DNA of 64,000 bases from contig CM022669.1 in assembly GCA_012295275.1 (NCBI GenBank), forward strand, positions 11,718,001 to 11,782,000, given 5' to 3'. The notes under the pieces are model-generated. The model had not been told where the DNA came from. It saw nothing but the letters and a program-made list of their open reading frames with translations, and did not search any database. The DNA is from Chrysomallon squamiferum. Taxonomy: Eukaryota; Animalia; Mollusca. Of the stretch, positions 45,981 to 59,933 are shown one piece after another. How positions within the stretch are numbered: position 1 is the first letter of the stretch; each line of letters begins with the position of its first letter. A program made the position numbers and the translations under genes.

Positions 45981-46292
45981 TTAACTGTGCTTCAGACGAG
46001 CACTGTAGCTACAGTTTGACCTTTTTAAACTCACACCTCTAACTCGATTATATTGACTGTGTTGTGGAGGGTTCCAGCTATTCAGATGTGCACAAGAAGA
46101 TGATTCTCCGCCATGATGTTGTCCACTCACCTGGAAATAACAAAACCGTGTCTGTTTAAATGTACAGTATTCACTTTTCAACATTTGTTGATGCTAATCC
46201 TTACTAAGATATACTACCATTACTACTAGAAATACTACCACTAAATCAACAATTATCATTCATCACGATTGCAACTATTACTATTATTATCA

Positions 46293-46325
<33 letters not shown>

Positions 46326-46584
46326 TCACTATTACATCTACTGCTACAACTACAAGCACCGCCATCGCTTCTACTGCTTTTTTAACGACTTCGACTTAGC
46401 AATAAATCTTTGATTGTTTTATTAAAACAGATATAAATATACACCAAGTTACTGATTCCTTGAGGTTAATAGATAATAAAGACTAGATAAGATATTAATA
46501 GAAAATAAAAAAAATTCTGTTGTAGTAGTAGTAGTAGTAGTAGTAGTAGTATTTGTAGTAGTAGTAGTAGTAGTAGTAGTATTT

Positions 46585-46641
<57 letters not shown>

Positions 46642-49600
46642 TTTGTAGTAGTAGTATGAATAGTAGCATTTGAAGGGGTCATAGTAGTAATCGTAATAAT
46701 AGTAGTAGTAAAAATATGTTTTATTTCAATTTATATAGTTATGCATGACCAGTTACTCTTAAAAATAAACAACTGATTCTGGTGCATAACTGTGTCATGT
46801 GATTATAGGTGAATGTATGTGTATGTGTACGACATTCTTGTCCTTGTGTCTTTATTTAAATATTTGTTCTTCTGCTACTTTTCTTTATTCTTTTTCTTTT
46901 CTTTTTTCCTTTTTCTCTTTTTCCTTATTTATTTATTTATTTATTTATTTTACCGTGATGGTATGGTTCAAATTATTGAGACCGCTCGAAGGTTCTGGAA
47001 CGTGCTCGTTCGTCAGCAGTACAAAGTAATCGGCATTTTTCGTCATAATTCGATCACCGATTGCTAGATATGCCTGAACGAGAGAACCAAAAAAATAGCA
47101 CAAAATGAATACTCTGCATGAAAATAGATTCGTAAAGCTTGCTATTTTTACTTATTTATTTATTTATTTATAGTAAAACAATACATTATAAACAGTTATC
47201 AACGTTGAAAAGTAAAGTATAAAAAATAACTGTATTTCTCACATTATACTGTCCTTGGCGGAACGATTCTGGGATATGTACTGCTTCTGTCAGTGAGTGG
47301 TCTTTCCCTGGAAGCCAAAGACGTACGTCAGCAGACGACAAGATGGCGCTGTACATGTGGCTGGATTCAGATGTCGTAAAATAGTAAACATATAAAATTT
47401 GTAATTATTACGATCGTTTTCTGTCAATATTAAAATTATCTTTAATAAGTAATTAATAAATATGTCATTTTGGTTTTAAAATCTGCATTATTACAGTTTG
47501 CAAAAATTAATTTTAGTAAATTATTTATAACATAATATCAACACTGAAATATTTATGAATCGTATTATGTGTCTGGAGCGTTCATCCAGTCAGTTTCCTC
47601 AAGAAACAAAATAAATAATGATTAATAACCATTTATTTTGATTCACACAACTGGTACAACACAAAACTTACTGTAAAACTTAAGAACTGTAAATTTTCTT
47701 CTACCCATTGAACAATAATTTTTTGAGGATTACAAGTCTCTTCAGTTAATATAAGAAAATAGATTAAAATATTATTTTTTAATTTTATTTTATGAATGAC
47801 ACTGATAACAGACTCACCCTGTATGTGCTTTCAGAACTAGCATTACTTTCATATGTTTGACCGGAGCAGCGAATCCGTCGTTTCTGAACACGAGACTTAC
47901 ACACATGGCTGACCCTTTCTGAACCGTATGGGGAATAGTTGCCTGAAGAAATACACAGTCAGATTAATGTTTACTTCTCTTTCTTTATCTCTCTCTGATT
48001 TAGGGTCTCTGTCTCTCTCTCTCACATTACCAGCCTATCTCCGTCTATACGTTTACTGTCTATCTATTTATCTGAAATATTTAGCAACCAAGTACAGAAA
48101 GAGAAAGTTATGTATATCTATTACTCTCTCTGTACTTCGTTGCTAAATTTTTCAGTCATGTTTTTTTTATTTTATTTTTTTTATTTTTTTTTAATTGTAT
48201 TTGTTCTTGTATTGATCTTTCTATGTAATGCAATATTTGGAATCTGGTTTTAGCAGACAATGTATAAGCGAAAAAGAAGTATAAAATAAAGAAAAATTTA
48301 AAAAATCAGAATACATGTTATTAGCCTGAAAATCCAGATGATCAAAAGACAGAATGAGACGTATATTTGTGGATGCGTGCTTGTGTATGTATGTGAGAGT
48401 GCGCGCGCGCTTTTGTGTGTGTGTGTGTGTATGTGTGTGTGAGAGTGTGTGTGTGTGTGTATGTGTATATGTGTGTTTGTGTGTGAACAAGAACATAATA
48501 AATAAAGAAATGTTCATAGAACAAAAGAGATGTTCTTTTTAGCACTACATTTTCAATGTGAGAATTATTTGTTACTTCTTTCAAATAAATCCTGTATCCC
48601 AGTCGTTTGTGAATTTCATCATAACAGCCTTGCTGCTTCCACACGGCATAAACCTTTTCGTTGTAATATTCGTTCAGAAATGTCCAGTGAAAGATTTCCA
48701 TCTCGTGTACCGCGGTAGGACATTCGTGTCTGGTAAAAAATTAATAAAACTTTAGATTCGTATGTAAGAATACACCGAGACAAAGCCATATCCACACCTT
48801 GAAAACTACACCTGTTTTCTTGCACCTTCGATAGGATTTATCGAAACATTTGTAAAATATTGGATCGTAAAAAAAAATTATAATAATAAATAACAAATAA
48901 ATTGATAACAAAAAAAATAATAATAAATTAAAAAATAAATTTATAGTGTTCTCTGTAGATCAATAACAAGAAAAGAAATGGTATCAAATGTTTAATGAGT
49001 GACACCTATTTATAATTAAACTTAAAAATAACTTATATTTTGGTCCAAAAACAGTAGCTATGTTATTCACCTGTGATTTTTTGTTAGACCACAAGTCTCT
49101 CCTCCCATTATGAGATATTTTGTATCTTCGTGTAGGTACGGTCTTTCCACATCGGGGACGACGTATGTGCCCACGTCGTCGTCAGAGGACAAGAAACAGT
49201 CGTTATGGTGAGCTATAAATTTCACCAATATAATATTTATATTTATATTTATATATACGTATACACACATTTATTGTATTAACTTATTTTTTTTTTTTTT
49301 TTTAATCATAGTTATTACGAATATTATCAACAGTTACAACTGTTGTTGATATTTCCGTTATATCTTTTTTAATTATCGTATTTTACTTATTTGGTTAATT
49401 TTTAATGTATGAATGAGTATTTACAAATGCAATAACATTTGCTACTACTTCTTTTAATAGTATCGTCAAAATTGCTGCAGTTACTGCTAGTGTTGTTGTT
49501 GCTATCGTTTTACTGTCGTTATTTCTGTCGTTACTTCTACTTTTCACACACACACAGACACACACACACACACACACTTTTGATATATACATAGATTACA

Positions 49601-51986
49601 TAACTAAGTATTGTCATTTTCGCTAATATCGATTTTCATTACCTGTTCTACCAACGTTCGCATGTTCCGTCACCTCATTGAAAGTGGTCGGAGTATTTCT
49701 GTTGTAAATTTTAAATTTAATCCAAGGATAACGTACTTGAACTTGTCTGTAAATAAATACTGCTCATTAAATAAATAAACACGCACGCACGCACACACAT
49801 ATACACCATTACACAAGAGCAAAATGCAGCATATTATTATTGTTGTTTTTCATCTTCTTCTTCTTCTCGTCGTCATCATCATCATCATCATCATATTATT
49901 ACTATTATTATTATTGTTGTTGTTGTTGTTGTTGTTCCTATTGTACATCATAGTCATCATCATAATTATCATCACAATTATCATCATCATCATCATTATT
50001 ATTATTATTACTACTACTACTACTATTATTATTATTATTAATTTAAATTACGACGCTATCATTTTAGTGAACGAGTGATCTAATGATTACGATACATGGA
50101 TTTTGGCACAGCATTCAGCAAAGCTGTCAAAACGTCTTTGCGGTCTTGCCACTTTCTGGGAGAATATCCGTATGGCGCGTATCTTTCATAGTTCATGAGT
50201 TCTGGAGCACCGAAATACGTCGTATAATACCATTCACCTGACGAGAAAATTAAAATTATAGATGTCATTGAATACAAGTCTTCTGTCTTGTTTAAAAGTC
50301 AAAAATGCATTTCGTTCAATTCCGTTTTAAATATTTAAACAGTTTAGGGAAATAGACAGACAAACGTACAGATAGACCAGTGGTTCTCAAAGGGTGCGCC
50401 CGGAGTCATGCTTAGGTGTGCCCCACGAAATTCTAGGATCTAGGATCTATATTATGTTAAGAGCGGAAAGATATCCAGTAAGAAATAACCGGTTGCCCGG
50501 AAGAAGATTTTATACACGTTGTAAACAAGTGTGATAAATAGCCAAAGTTTTCTTGTGACACATATTCCTATCACTGTCACAGTCACTACCCATCTAAAAC
50601 TTTAATATTTTATGGAATTTTAGCCTATTATAGTGTTACATTTGTTAAAAACAAACGATTGATGAAAGTTTTCCCTCACTGCACAATGCATACCATTAAA
50701 AATATAGCCTTTGTACAGTTTTTTGACATTTTAACAGTCCATTGCTTTGTATTTCATATTACAATATTTTTGAAGAAACTGCCAAGACACGTCAGGCTCA
50801 TACTTCTCAAATATATACTCTCACAAAGGCGGTAATACTAAATATATCAGTGAACATCTCTCACACAAGGGAGGTAACTCTAAATATATCAGTGAACATA
50901 TCTCACAGAAGGACGGTAACTCTAAATATATCAGTGAACATCTCTCACATAAGAGTGGTAACTCTAACTTTGTCAGGGAACATCTCTCACACAAGGGTGG
51001 TAAATCTAAATATATCGGTGAACATCTCTCACACAAGGGCGCTAACTCTGACCGTTTAAATAGACAGTATATATATGTGTGTGTGTGAACATCTCACAAG
51101 AAAAACAAACGGTACAGATTCCAGACGAGAACCGTTTATATGCGAAATGATGAACAATCTGACATAGATGTAGACAATGAGGATAGACAATTCCCTAGCC
51201 TGCTCCACAGCCGATTCAGCCGCAGATTCCTTCTTTACATACACATACATACATACAAATAAATAGCTGGAAGAACAGATGGCGGGATAGATAGACATAC
51301 AGACTGATAGATAGAAACAAAATGAGAAAGAGAAAATAATTCAGTAGTTCATCTTTTTCAGTGTGCGTCTATTTCAGTGTTGGGGGTTTTTGAGTGGGTT
51401 TTCCAAATGATAAATTAACACAGCATATCAAAGGGATATGAAATGTAGTGTGTGTATATATATATATCTAACTATTACCCCAATTCCCGATAAATCCTGC
51501 TTCAACGGAAGTGATAATTCCTTCAAATTCGTGAAATACTGGACGTAACTGTTTGATGTGTTCCAAAACCCAGTGTTTATCCGCATCACCGTATGGAGCA
51601 TGAGCCGGCTGTTTGTATAGAAACTCTCTGTTAAATGACAGTATTGGATGCATAGAGAACGTTTATTACTCTACAGCACAAATAGATACACAAACATGCA
51701 CACTGACATATGCACAGACGGTGAAAAAACATTCCACCACGTAATATTCATATTAAAAAAAAGATTGATTGGATATTTTATGTCAGTTATTTAAATAACT
51801 GCTTTCGTGTTTTTTTTTATTAAAATCACAAGAATGAAGCTATAAAATTTGTCTAACATTCATATAAGCAATAGATTTATATGAGCTTTTGTGTTTGTGT
51901 TTGTGTGTGTTAAAACTGAATGTTTTTAATTCCGTAATAATATTAAATTGCGTGTAGATAAGTGAATATGGATATACATACATACA

Positions 51987-52018
<32 letters not shown>

Positions 52019-52019
52019 C

Positions 52020-52096
<77 letters not shown>

Positions 52097-52543
52097 GTGG
52101 ATATTATTTGTGTGAATTTATGTCTGTCTCCTGTAAAAATGGACATGATGTTTAACTGATCCTTACAGTGTCACCAAACACATAACAGAATCTAGGCACG
52201 ACCGTCCAGCCAGAATCTTTCACTATAAACAGATCATCTCTGATTTTATTGAGAAATCCGTCCGTGATGTGTGACGTCACAGCAGTATCCATCACAAACG
52301 TTCGCCACACCATGTTGATGCCTGTCTTCTGCCGTTGAAAGTCTAGCTGAGGAACCTGTTAACAATAACAGCAGCAGAGGCAACGATAATGACAACAACA
52401 AAAATGATGATGGTAATCACTGAAAAGTGAAATTTGAAGGTGATTTGATTTATGAATGAAACTGTATTTTCAGATGACCTGTTCTGTCTGAGTATATAAT
52501 CAAAATTGTTTTGGAATATAAAAAAAACATACTCCTCGCTACA

Positions 52544-52620
<77 letters not shown>

Positions 52621-52929
52621 GGCTGTATACACAACAATAAAAAAAAAACAGAGAGAGAGAGAGAGAGCAAGAGAGAGTGCGACACACACAGAGAGAAAGA
52701 AACATATTGTAACTGATGTTTGACAGAATAACATTAAAGCTGGTTTCTAACAAAATTACTCACAGTAAGTGGGCTGTAATTGGAGAAATAAGTTACAAGT
52801 TCAGTAACAAATCCGCGTCCAGGATTTTCAAAGTAAGCGTCTGATTTTATGTACCGAATATTTCTAAAATGTAAACTGATATTTATTTGTCGGTTGGTTG
52901 GTGTGATGATGATGATGATGATGATGATG

Positions 52930-52989
<60 letters not shown>

Positions 52990-54040
52990 CAGAAAATGGA
53001 ATTAAGTCGTTATAAAGGGGGGTTTATTGTTTTGTTTGGGTTTATTGTTGTTTTTTGGGGTTTTTATTCTTATTCTTTTTCTCATTATTCGGTTGTTGTT
53101 TTTTTTTATTTCTATTTTCTTTTCTTCTTTTTTTGGCGGAGATCATCAAGCAACAGCAAAGGGTAAGAAAAATAATAATAATAATAATAATAAAAGGATT
53201 GACAGCTAATAATCACGAACATGTTACATTACACGTCTTTTTTTTTCGTTTTTTTATTTTTAAATTATTTTTGTGTTATTATGTCTTTAATCATAATTAA
53301 TTATATATTATACTTACTGTCCGATAAATCCATTCGTGGTGCATGAAGTACATGCAGAATCCACTGAAAATACAGGCGTGGATATACATATATATTAGTG
53401 CCATGAAACTACAGATGTGTGTTGACTAAAAGTAAATCATGGATTAAGATCTATGCTGTTTCTTGCTGTAGTAGAGAGAGGAACTGTGCTAGGTGTAATA
53501 TCGTGTCAAATTAACGGCGAATGGACACACGTTCACTGTACCTTACTCCAGTCGCACCATGTGGAACGTGGTGTAATCATATTGTAGAAGAAAATTGGAA
53601 AACCAAACTTTGTTAATTACGGTGAAAAGCCGACTTATTGGACTAATTATTGATCTTTAATCTGGAATCATAGTGCGTATATCTAGGTACATTCTTTACT
53701 GTAATGTCTGTTCACGATGGAAAAATACTTTTGTTATGCACCTCGTATTTTTTTTTTTTTCAAACAAGGTTTGTCAGAGTCCACAAGACATATCCTTCTG
53801 ATATATGACATTGTCGAATATTTTTTAAAATGAAATATATCCTACTGTTAAATTGTTAAACTTTTCTCATCTTCAGTTATTTTGATGTTACAAGCCCCTT
53901 TAATATTTGTCAATAATAACGGCAAGTTTTAAAGACAGGATTGAATGTACAATTGCAATATACATCAATACAATGCAATAGGTATCTTTACCTGTAACAA
54001 GTGAATCGAGGACAATAATTAAAATCACTAACAAAGACAT
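45981..54040 (-). CDS. Secreted DUF4874 + DUF4832 domain protein (putative TIM-barrel glycoside hydrolase-like), ~520 aa, 13 exons
   Basis: Exons 53992-54040, 53318-53363, 52764-52863, 52167-52355, 51479-51608, 50096-50237, 49643-49746, 49071-49212, 48576-48729, 47818-47942, 47243-47360, 46954-47073, 45981-46130 join in frame (1569 nt). Signal peptide [20 protein letters not shown]. Motifs [87 protein letters not shown]. The 3' end is uncertain: an alternative donor at 46034 could join 45625-45633. Confidence 0.88.
50818..51052. repeat. 42-bp minisatellite, ~5.6 copies, in an intron of the DUF4832 gene
   Basis: Unit ctctcacacaagggaggtaactctaaatatatcagtgaacat. Confidence 0.9.
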
Positions 54041-55233
54041 AGTACAATACCGTGTGAATCAAACAGGTGTGAAAAGAAAACAGTTTTCCAAGGTTAGACA
54101 AATCTTACAACAGCATTACTGGTTTGTAGAGATTACGATTTCTTTTTTCGAGGCTTTTCACCTTTCGCCCACTATTGTATCTATGGAAATATTTTCTAGT
54201 CAAACAAACCATGTTCCGACAACTCAACCAACCTTTAATTTATTTATTTTTTTTTTTTTTTTTTAAATGAAATAATAGCTCATGGAAAACAACACATGAA
54301 AAAGCAAAGTTATCAGCGTTAACAAAACCTTTGACTTAGAATAATTTACTTGATTATGTATGAATTTTTATAATTTTCTCATCACTTAAAATTTCTTTTT
54401 GAATTTTATTGCATTAGTTATTAACGTTCGCTTCAAAACCGTCAAAATATAAGATAATCTCTTTGTCACATTAATTAATAATAATAATAATAATAATAAA
54501 TTATTTTAAAAAGAAAATAAATGAATCCTCCAGCACGTAATTATTTCATGGTATTCTTTTCAAGATGAATACAAGTTTCCGTTGTTAATTATCTATTATT
54601 GAGGCTACATCTAACATTTGGCCAACTCACAAATGCAACTGAAAAATAATTTTTGCTTGAATGTTTATTCCAAGAGTTGTTTCCCTTGATCAATTTCACC
54701 TTTCTCTACTGATAATTTATCCTTTAACATTTATCTTACGATGTAAAATTTAGTTCAATTTTACCATCCATTAGACATACATTTGATTGAGATTATCATA
54801 ATTCAGTTGTTTTGAAGTTTTCTTTACAAATAATAGCAAAACCTAAGCAAGTTTTATTTAAAGTTATATTTTATCTGCACAAAATCTTGAAGGACGATAA
54901 AATAACCACTTAAAAATGCATTGATGCCATTTTATCTTTTTTCTTCTTAAATTATGGATTCAGAACACAATTTTGCAACGATATATCCAGCAAAGCAGAA
55001 TCTTTCTACATTTCCTTGTATAAAAATCTCACAAAGTGAATATTTCAAACCTTCCCAGTTACTCATATGATTTGTTACGTTTGGTTCTACAAAAAATTCT
55101 TTACCTCAAACTAATGCTGAATATGCCAGTATACAAAAGGAGATAATGCGTATGCAGTCTCCTGTATACTAAACAAAGAAAAATAACAAAGAATAATTGG
55201 ATATGTGACTGGAGTCTTTTAATAATGTACAGT

Positions 55234-55470
55234 CTATTTGTGTTGTTGGGCTTTTCTCATTCTCTGGAGAACATTCTGCATTTCTTCTCGCTTCCTTTTA
55301 GCTCTAAGATGAGAACCAAGCTGCAAAATAATAATGATAATTTCAAAATGTTGTTGTTGGTTTCTTTAGATATAAAATGCCAGACTGGACAAATAAATCC
55401 AACACCATTGTTAACCATATTTCTAAGATGAATTAATATCTCTGTTAAAAACAAATTATACTGGTAACAG

Positions 55471-55501
<31 letters not shown>

Positions 55502-58500
55502 GTATCTGTTCAGAAGTAAAACTAAAATATTTTAAAATTATTTATAAACAACACAGTACAGTTTACTGTTGAGACCAGTGACATGCCGATTAACAGTTTT
55601 TATCAGACTTTTGGAAAAAATAATATACTGTACAAATAAACTGGATACTCTACATGTTTGCAGGGCTTATTTTCACTTCAAGACAGCATCATGATGTCTT
55701 CAAATGTCCAAGATATTAAAGGACAAGATATGGATCTGCAGTGCACAGTGAACAGCACTTTCAAACTGGCACAAACATATTGTGGCAATGTGTGCAATGC
55801 CATGTCATAGCAGAACATTGGCTAAATAAAGCAGGACTGTTGCCCAGCTGGCACCAAATTTCATAAAACAAAATGCTTGTGAAGAATAATCATATCAAAG
55901 GTTTTTGTTTAATACAAGACCTACACACATCAAAGGCAGCAAAGAATCTTTTATTAAGCACCTTTTCATAGACAGGAAAGCACACAGTAAGCTATCTGAT
56001 AAATTATTTGACACCTGCTTTAATGATAAAGTGAGAGCAGGCACACTGTGAAGAACTGATCATTTTACTTTTACTTCAAAAACTAGCTCTACTGCAGTCC
56101 TTCCCCAACAAATATCTAAATGCTGTAAACAAACAGGAAAGAAATTGGTGAAACATATCTATTAATCTTACCCTCCTTTTACAGAATTTCAGTGCTCGTT
56201 TGTCCTTTGATATCCTAAGCAACTCCTGGCATCTTCTTTCATAAGGAGCAAATCCGACAATTTCTCTTACCAAATCTCTGACAAATTTGGCATGTTTTGT
56301 TTGTCTCTGTAAATTAACAATTATACACATTAGTTTGCATAAATAGCTCAAAAAGTAATATTTATTAATAATTTAACTAAGAATATTATATCGAAAAAAA
56401 ATGGCCATTTATAATATGTAGACAGCATATTTATTAAATGAGAAGTGTAATATCCTAATTTTTTTTGTGAACAAAATAGTCCAACTGTAGCAAGTATCTG
56501 AAGACGGTATCAAAAATTAAAATAATGCCTTTCTGCTGCGACAGATATGTCTGTTGAAAAATATTTTAAATAGAACACAACAATTATAATGAGAATTGAA
56601 TGAAGTATGAAAATGGTCAGTCTGAACCAGTGTTTAATTTAATTCCAAAAATATGTAAAATGAAAATGGGGGAAGGGGGTGGGGATTTACATGCCATAAA
56701 GTAGGTATGTGTATTACTGCCGGAATTGCATCCACCATTTTCTGCTATATCCATGTGACCTGAATCTCCCCGATGGCGAGTGGTGTCTCTGCGTAAATCG
56801 CTTCTCATTAGTCAGGGGCTGGGAGTTTTGGTTATCCCTGATGGTACAATTAGCGGGAAATTCCCGTATACTCACTCGTTTTCGAATTTTTCAATTGGTT
56901 CGTTTCGGAGGAGAGTTCGAAAATTTGTTTCGTATTCAACACGTTAAAATTGGTCGTTTTCGATATCGGATGATAATCTAAGGTAGATGGAGGCGAAGAA
57001 CAATATTTAATTTTATTATATGTGAATTTATATTGAAATCTGACACAGCTGAGAAAAGTTACAAACGCCGGAAAGAGGAGCTGTAACATCGAAATGGCTT
57101 CAAAATCAAACATGGTGGATGAAAATTCGAGTGAAACTGAAGTGATTTCTACCCTCGATTTCAGCTATGTTTGATACATGAGTGATAGAACAGATTGTGA
57201 TGCTGTATAAATATACGACTGTACTCTGTGTCACACTTTTATTACCCGATGGATTGTAAATAGTGGATGATTGTGGATTTTGCGAGTGCCTTCAAGCCAA
57301 TCGGTATAAACTAATTTTGAAATTTAGTAATCATTATTATTATGTTGGCCTTCTTTTCAGGATGCCTAACTTGAAGTGGAAAAGAAAATCCCCCAATCAA
57401 AGGACTGGTATAGCCAACCAACACTTGGAAGAGAACTTTCCCAATGGAATTCCAGTTTCTTAAATGGTCATGTATTCAGTATTGTTTATTTTTGTCTTTC
57501 GCTGCAAAAAAAGCCATGCGAAGACCATATATCCCCAATAATATTACTGGTCATCAGAGAAATACAGTTTTGAATTACATTACATCACAAATTCAGAAAC
57601 TTGTTGACAACACTCTGAACAAGTTCAAGAAACTCAGTGACACTGTGGAATTCAATATGTTTGATTCCATTTGTCACGAAAGTTTTGATCAGCTGAACCT
57701 GACCAGTACTATTTCCACAGTTATGTCATGTATTATCCAGCCAGTGGAAGTCCCTCAGGCTGATGAAGAAAATGCCATTGTTCTTCCCAGTACCAAGCCT
57801 GTTGCTATGTCCCCACTGAAAACCAGGCAGATAAGAAAGTGCCATAACTGCGAGAGATATCATGAAAGTTTGCAATTTGCCAAACAGAAAGTGAGAAACA
57901 GGATCTCTTAAAACGTCAGAATTAAAATATATCTGTATTACTAATTATTTATATTGCATTTTTAATAGCTTAAATTGAATGGACTAGTTACCATCTATCT
58001 TCAGTCCAAATTTCACTAATAAAATTTCATTATTAAGAAAGTTACATGCATTTTAGTGAAAAACAATAGGATTTTGGTCAGGCCATTGTAATGCAAATGC
58101 ATTAAATAATAGGACAATTAATTAGTGTTAATTGAAAACGTTAAAATGCTGTAACTTCCTTAATACTCAACAGAATCACATGATGTTTGTTGTCTTTTAT
58201 AGGGTTTTTAGAGTTCTTTTCAGCAATGTTATTTATGTTGAAGTTGGTAGTGTTTGAATTTTTTGTCCAAATAAATTATTGTTTGTTAGGCTGCTGGTAC
58301 CTTAATTAATAACTTCTTTTTAATTTTTACAAATATAATCGATAGCAGAGATTGGCATTGGTCTTCACTGAAAATTTCATCAAGAAAGCTTGATTATTAA
58401 CAAAGATAGAGGGGAAAATGTAAAAATATTACTATTTTTGGTCACAAACCTCTAATGACTTATATAGCGTTTAATCGGACGAAAAAAATTGCTTTTCAGG

Positions 58501-58783
58501 GGGTTTAAAATTGCTGCTACTTCCTTAATTTTTTACATATTCACTTGATCTTGGTATCATTTTAAAGTGGTTTACAAGCTCTACCCAACTGTCTTATTTA
58601 TTTTCAGATTAGTGGGGTTTGAAAAATTTGTCCACATACCTACATAAAGTTTTGTGCCATCTCGATATTATTTCAGATACATACCCCCTTTCTTCTGGAT
58701 GGTCTGCTTTTTCTGTCCTCGACCATTTTTGTGACCTTGTGGCCTTTTGTTAGGCCAACGGCCATTTCATAACGCATCACCAT
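55234..58783 (-). CDS. RPL36: 60S ribosomal protein L36 (eL36), 106 aa, 3 coding exons
   Basis: Exons 58685-58783 ([26 protein letters not shown]), 56172-56306 ([45 protein letters not shown]) and 55234-55320 ([28 protein letters not shown]); canonical GT-AG. Confidence 0.97.
56702..58642 (+). mobile_element. 1941-bp TIR DNA transposon-like insertion in an RPL36 intron
   Basis: Ends TAGGTATGTGTA (56702) and TCCACATACCTA (to 58642), flanked by identical CATAAAG at 56695-56701 and 58643-58649. Internal coding-like frame at 57444-57911. Confidence 0.75.
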
Positions 58784-59549
58784 TTCTGAAGTAACAGAAT
58801 GAAAATTTTTATCATTATCAGTTGTTTTGGGAATGTTTTTTTTTTTTTTTTTTTTTTCCCCTCCCCATTTTCTATAATATATTGATCACTATAATATATT
58901 GGTGACAGACAGACAGGCAGAGAGAGAGATTGAGATTATTTCTATCACGTTACATTTAAAGAGTGATATTGTCTAATGCGTGTGGAAAACAGTAAGTCAT
59001 AAAAATCAATTATTGCTATGGAAAAATATTATTTTCATTATACCAATAAAAGATTATTAAAAAATTATTTAAAATTGTTGTGATAATTCTCCAAATATAG
59101 GCTTGTTGATGAGTTGGATATTAGACGCATAAACTCACTCAATGTTTTTAAAGGAAATGGCAGACTAAAAGGAAGTACATTTGTACGCGTGCGCACTCTA
59201 TAGCTCGTAAAAATCTTTTTTCATTTATTTAATGAAAAAAGATTTTTGTAATTATTTATTTGACATTTTGTATTACATTTAAATTTATTTGATTTTATAT
59301 ATATGCGAACTATTATATTAGTTTATGGATCTTTTAAAAAGTTGTCTAAAATTTATAGCATTTTCACACATTAAGAAATCAATTTTCGTATTTTATACTT
59401 GTAATAATTATAAGATAAACACCCTATCGAATGGCGCAAATTTCGTATTAGGTAAAACAACTAAAAACATAATTCAGATAATGCGAAAAAAATATTTTTA
59501 TTTTATTTCACTTTATTATCATTTATGATATGATTTATAAATAGCAAGA

Positions 59550-59700
59550 AATCGCTATCAACTGTTAGTGAATTATTTTAACAAAAGAGAGAAACTGGGC
59601 TTGGCGAAGGCCAATACTCTGAGCAGACGTTCTACATAACTTAAGTCACCGAGTGTTTACTTCTTTTTTTTTCGCTCCAAACGTAAATTCAGTCTTGGAT
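59550..59700. promoter_or_regulatory. Probable bidirectional RPL36/BLM promoter with TOP/TCT-like pyrimidine tract
   Basis: Minus-strand 'tttctctctttt' at ~59583-59594, typical of ribosomal-protein TSSs. Candidate BLM 5'UTR donor at ~59683 and acceptor at ~59905. Confidence 0.5.
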
Positions 59701-59933
59701 TATTTTCATATACTACGATTGAAAAATTGTACATATATTTAAATTAATTTTATTACCCAGTAGCTGAGTTATAACATGTTATATAATTTATGATGTGTGC
59801 CTATTCAGAATGATTGAAAATAATAGAGATGTTGATAATCAAAGGGGATAAAAAAAAAATGTTTTAATGCAGAGTAATATTTTATATTTACTTTTCTACT
59901 TTCAGTTTTAGTGACAGAATTAAAAAAAATAAA

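Noticed and set aside
50378-50785. hAT-like end 'cagtggttctcaaa'
   Set aside because: No convincing matching TIR or TSD found
50742-51059. Regularly spaced 42-bp repeats and a 14-aa-repeat ORF, superficially CRISPR-like
   Set aside because: Units are contiguous with no unique spacers, lie in a eukaryotic intron, and have no cas genes nearby; this is a minisatellite
53318-53404. ATG at 53404 as the start of the DUF4832 gene ([11 protein letters not shown]..)
   Set aside because: Out of phase with the next exon; the acceptor at 53364 plus the upstream signal exon 53992-54040 gives a consistent frame
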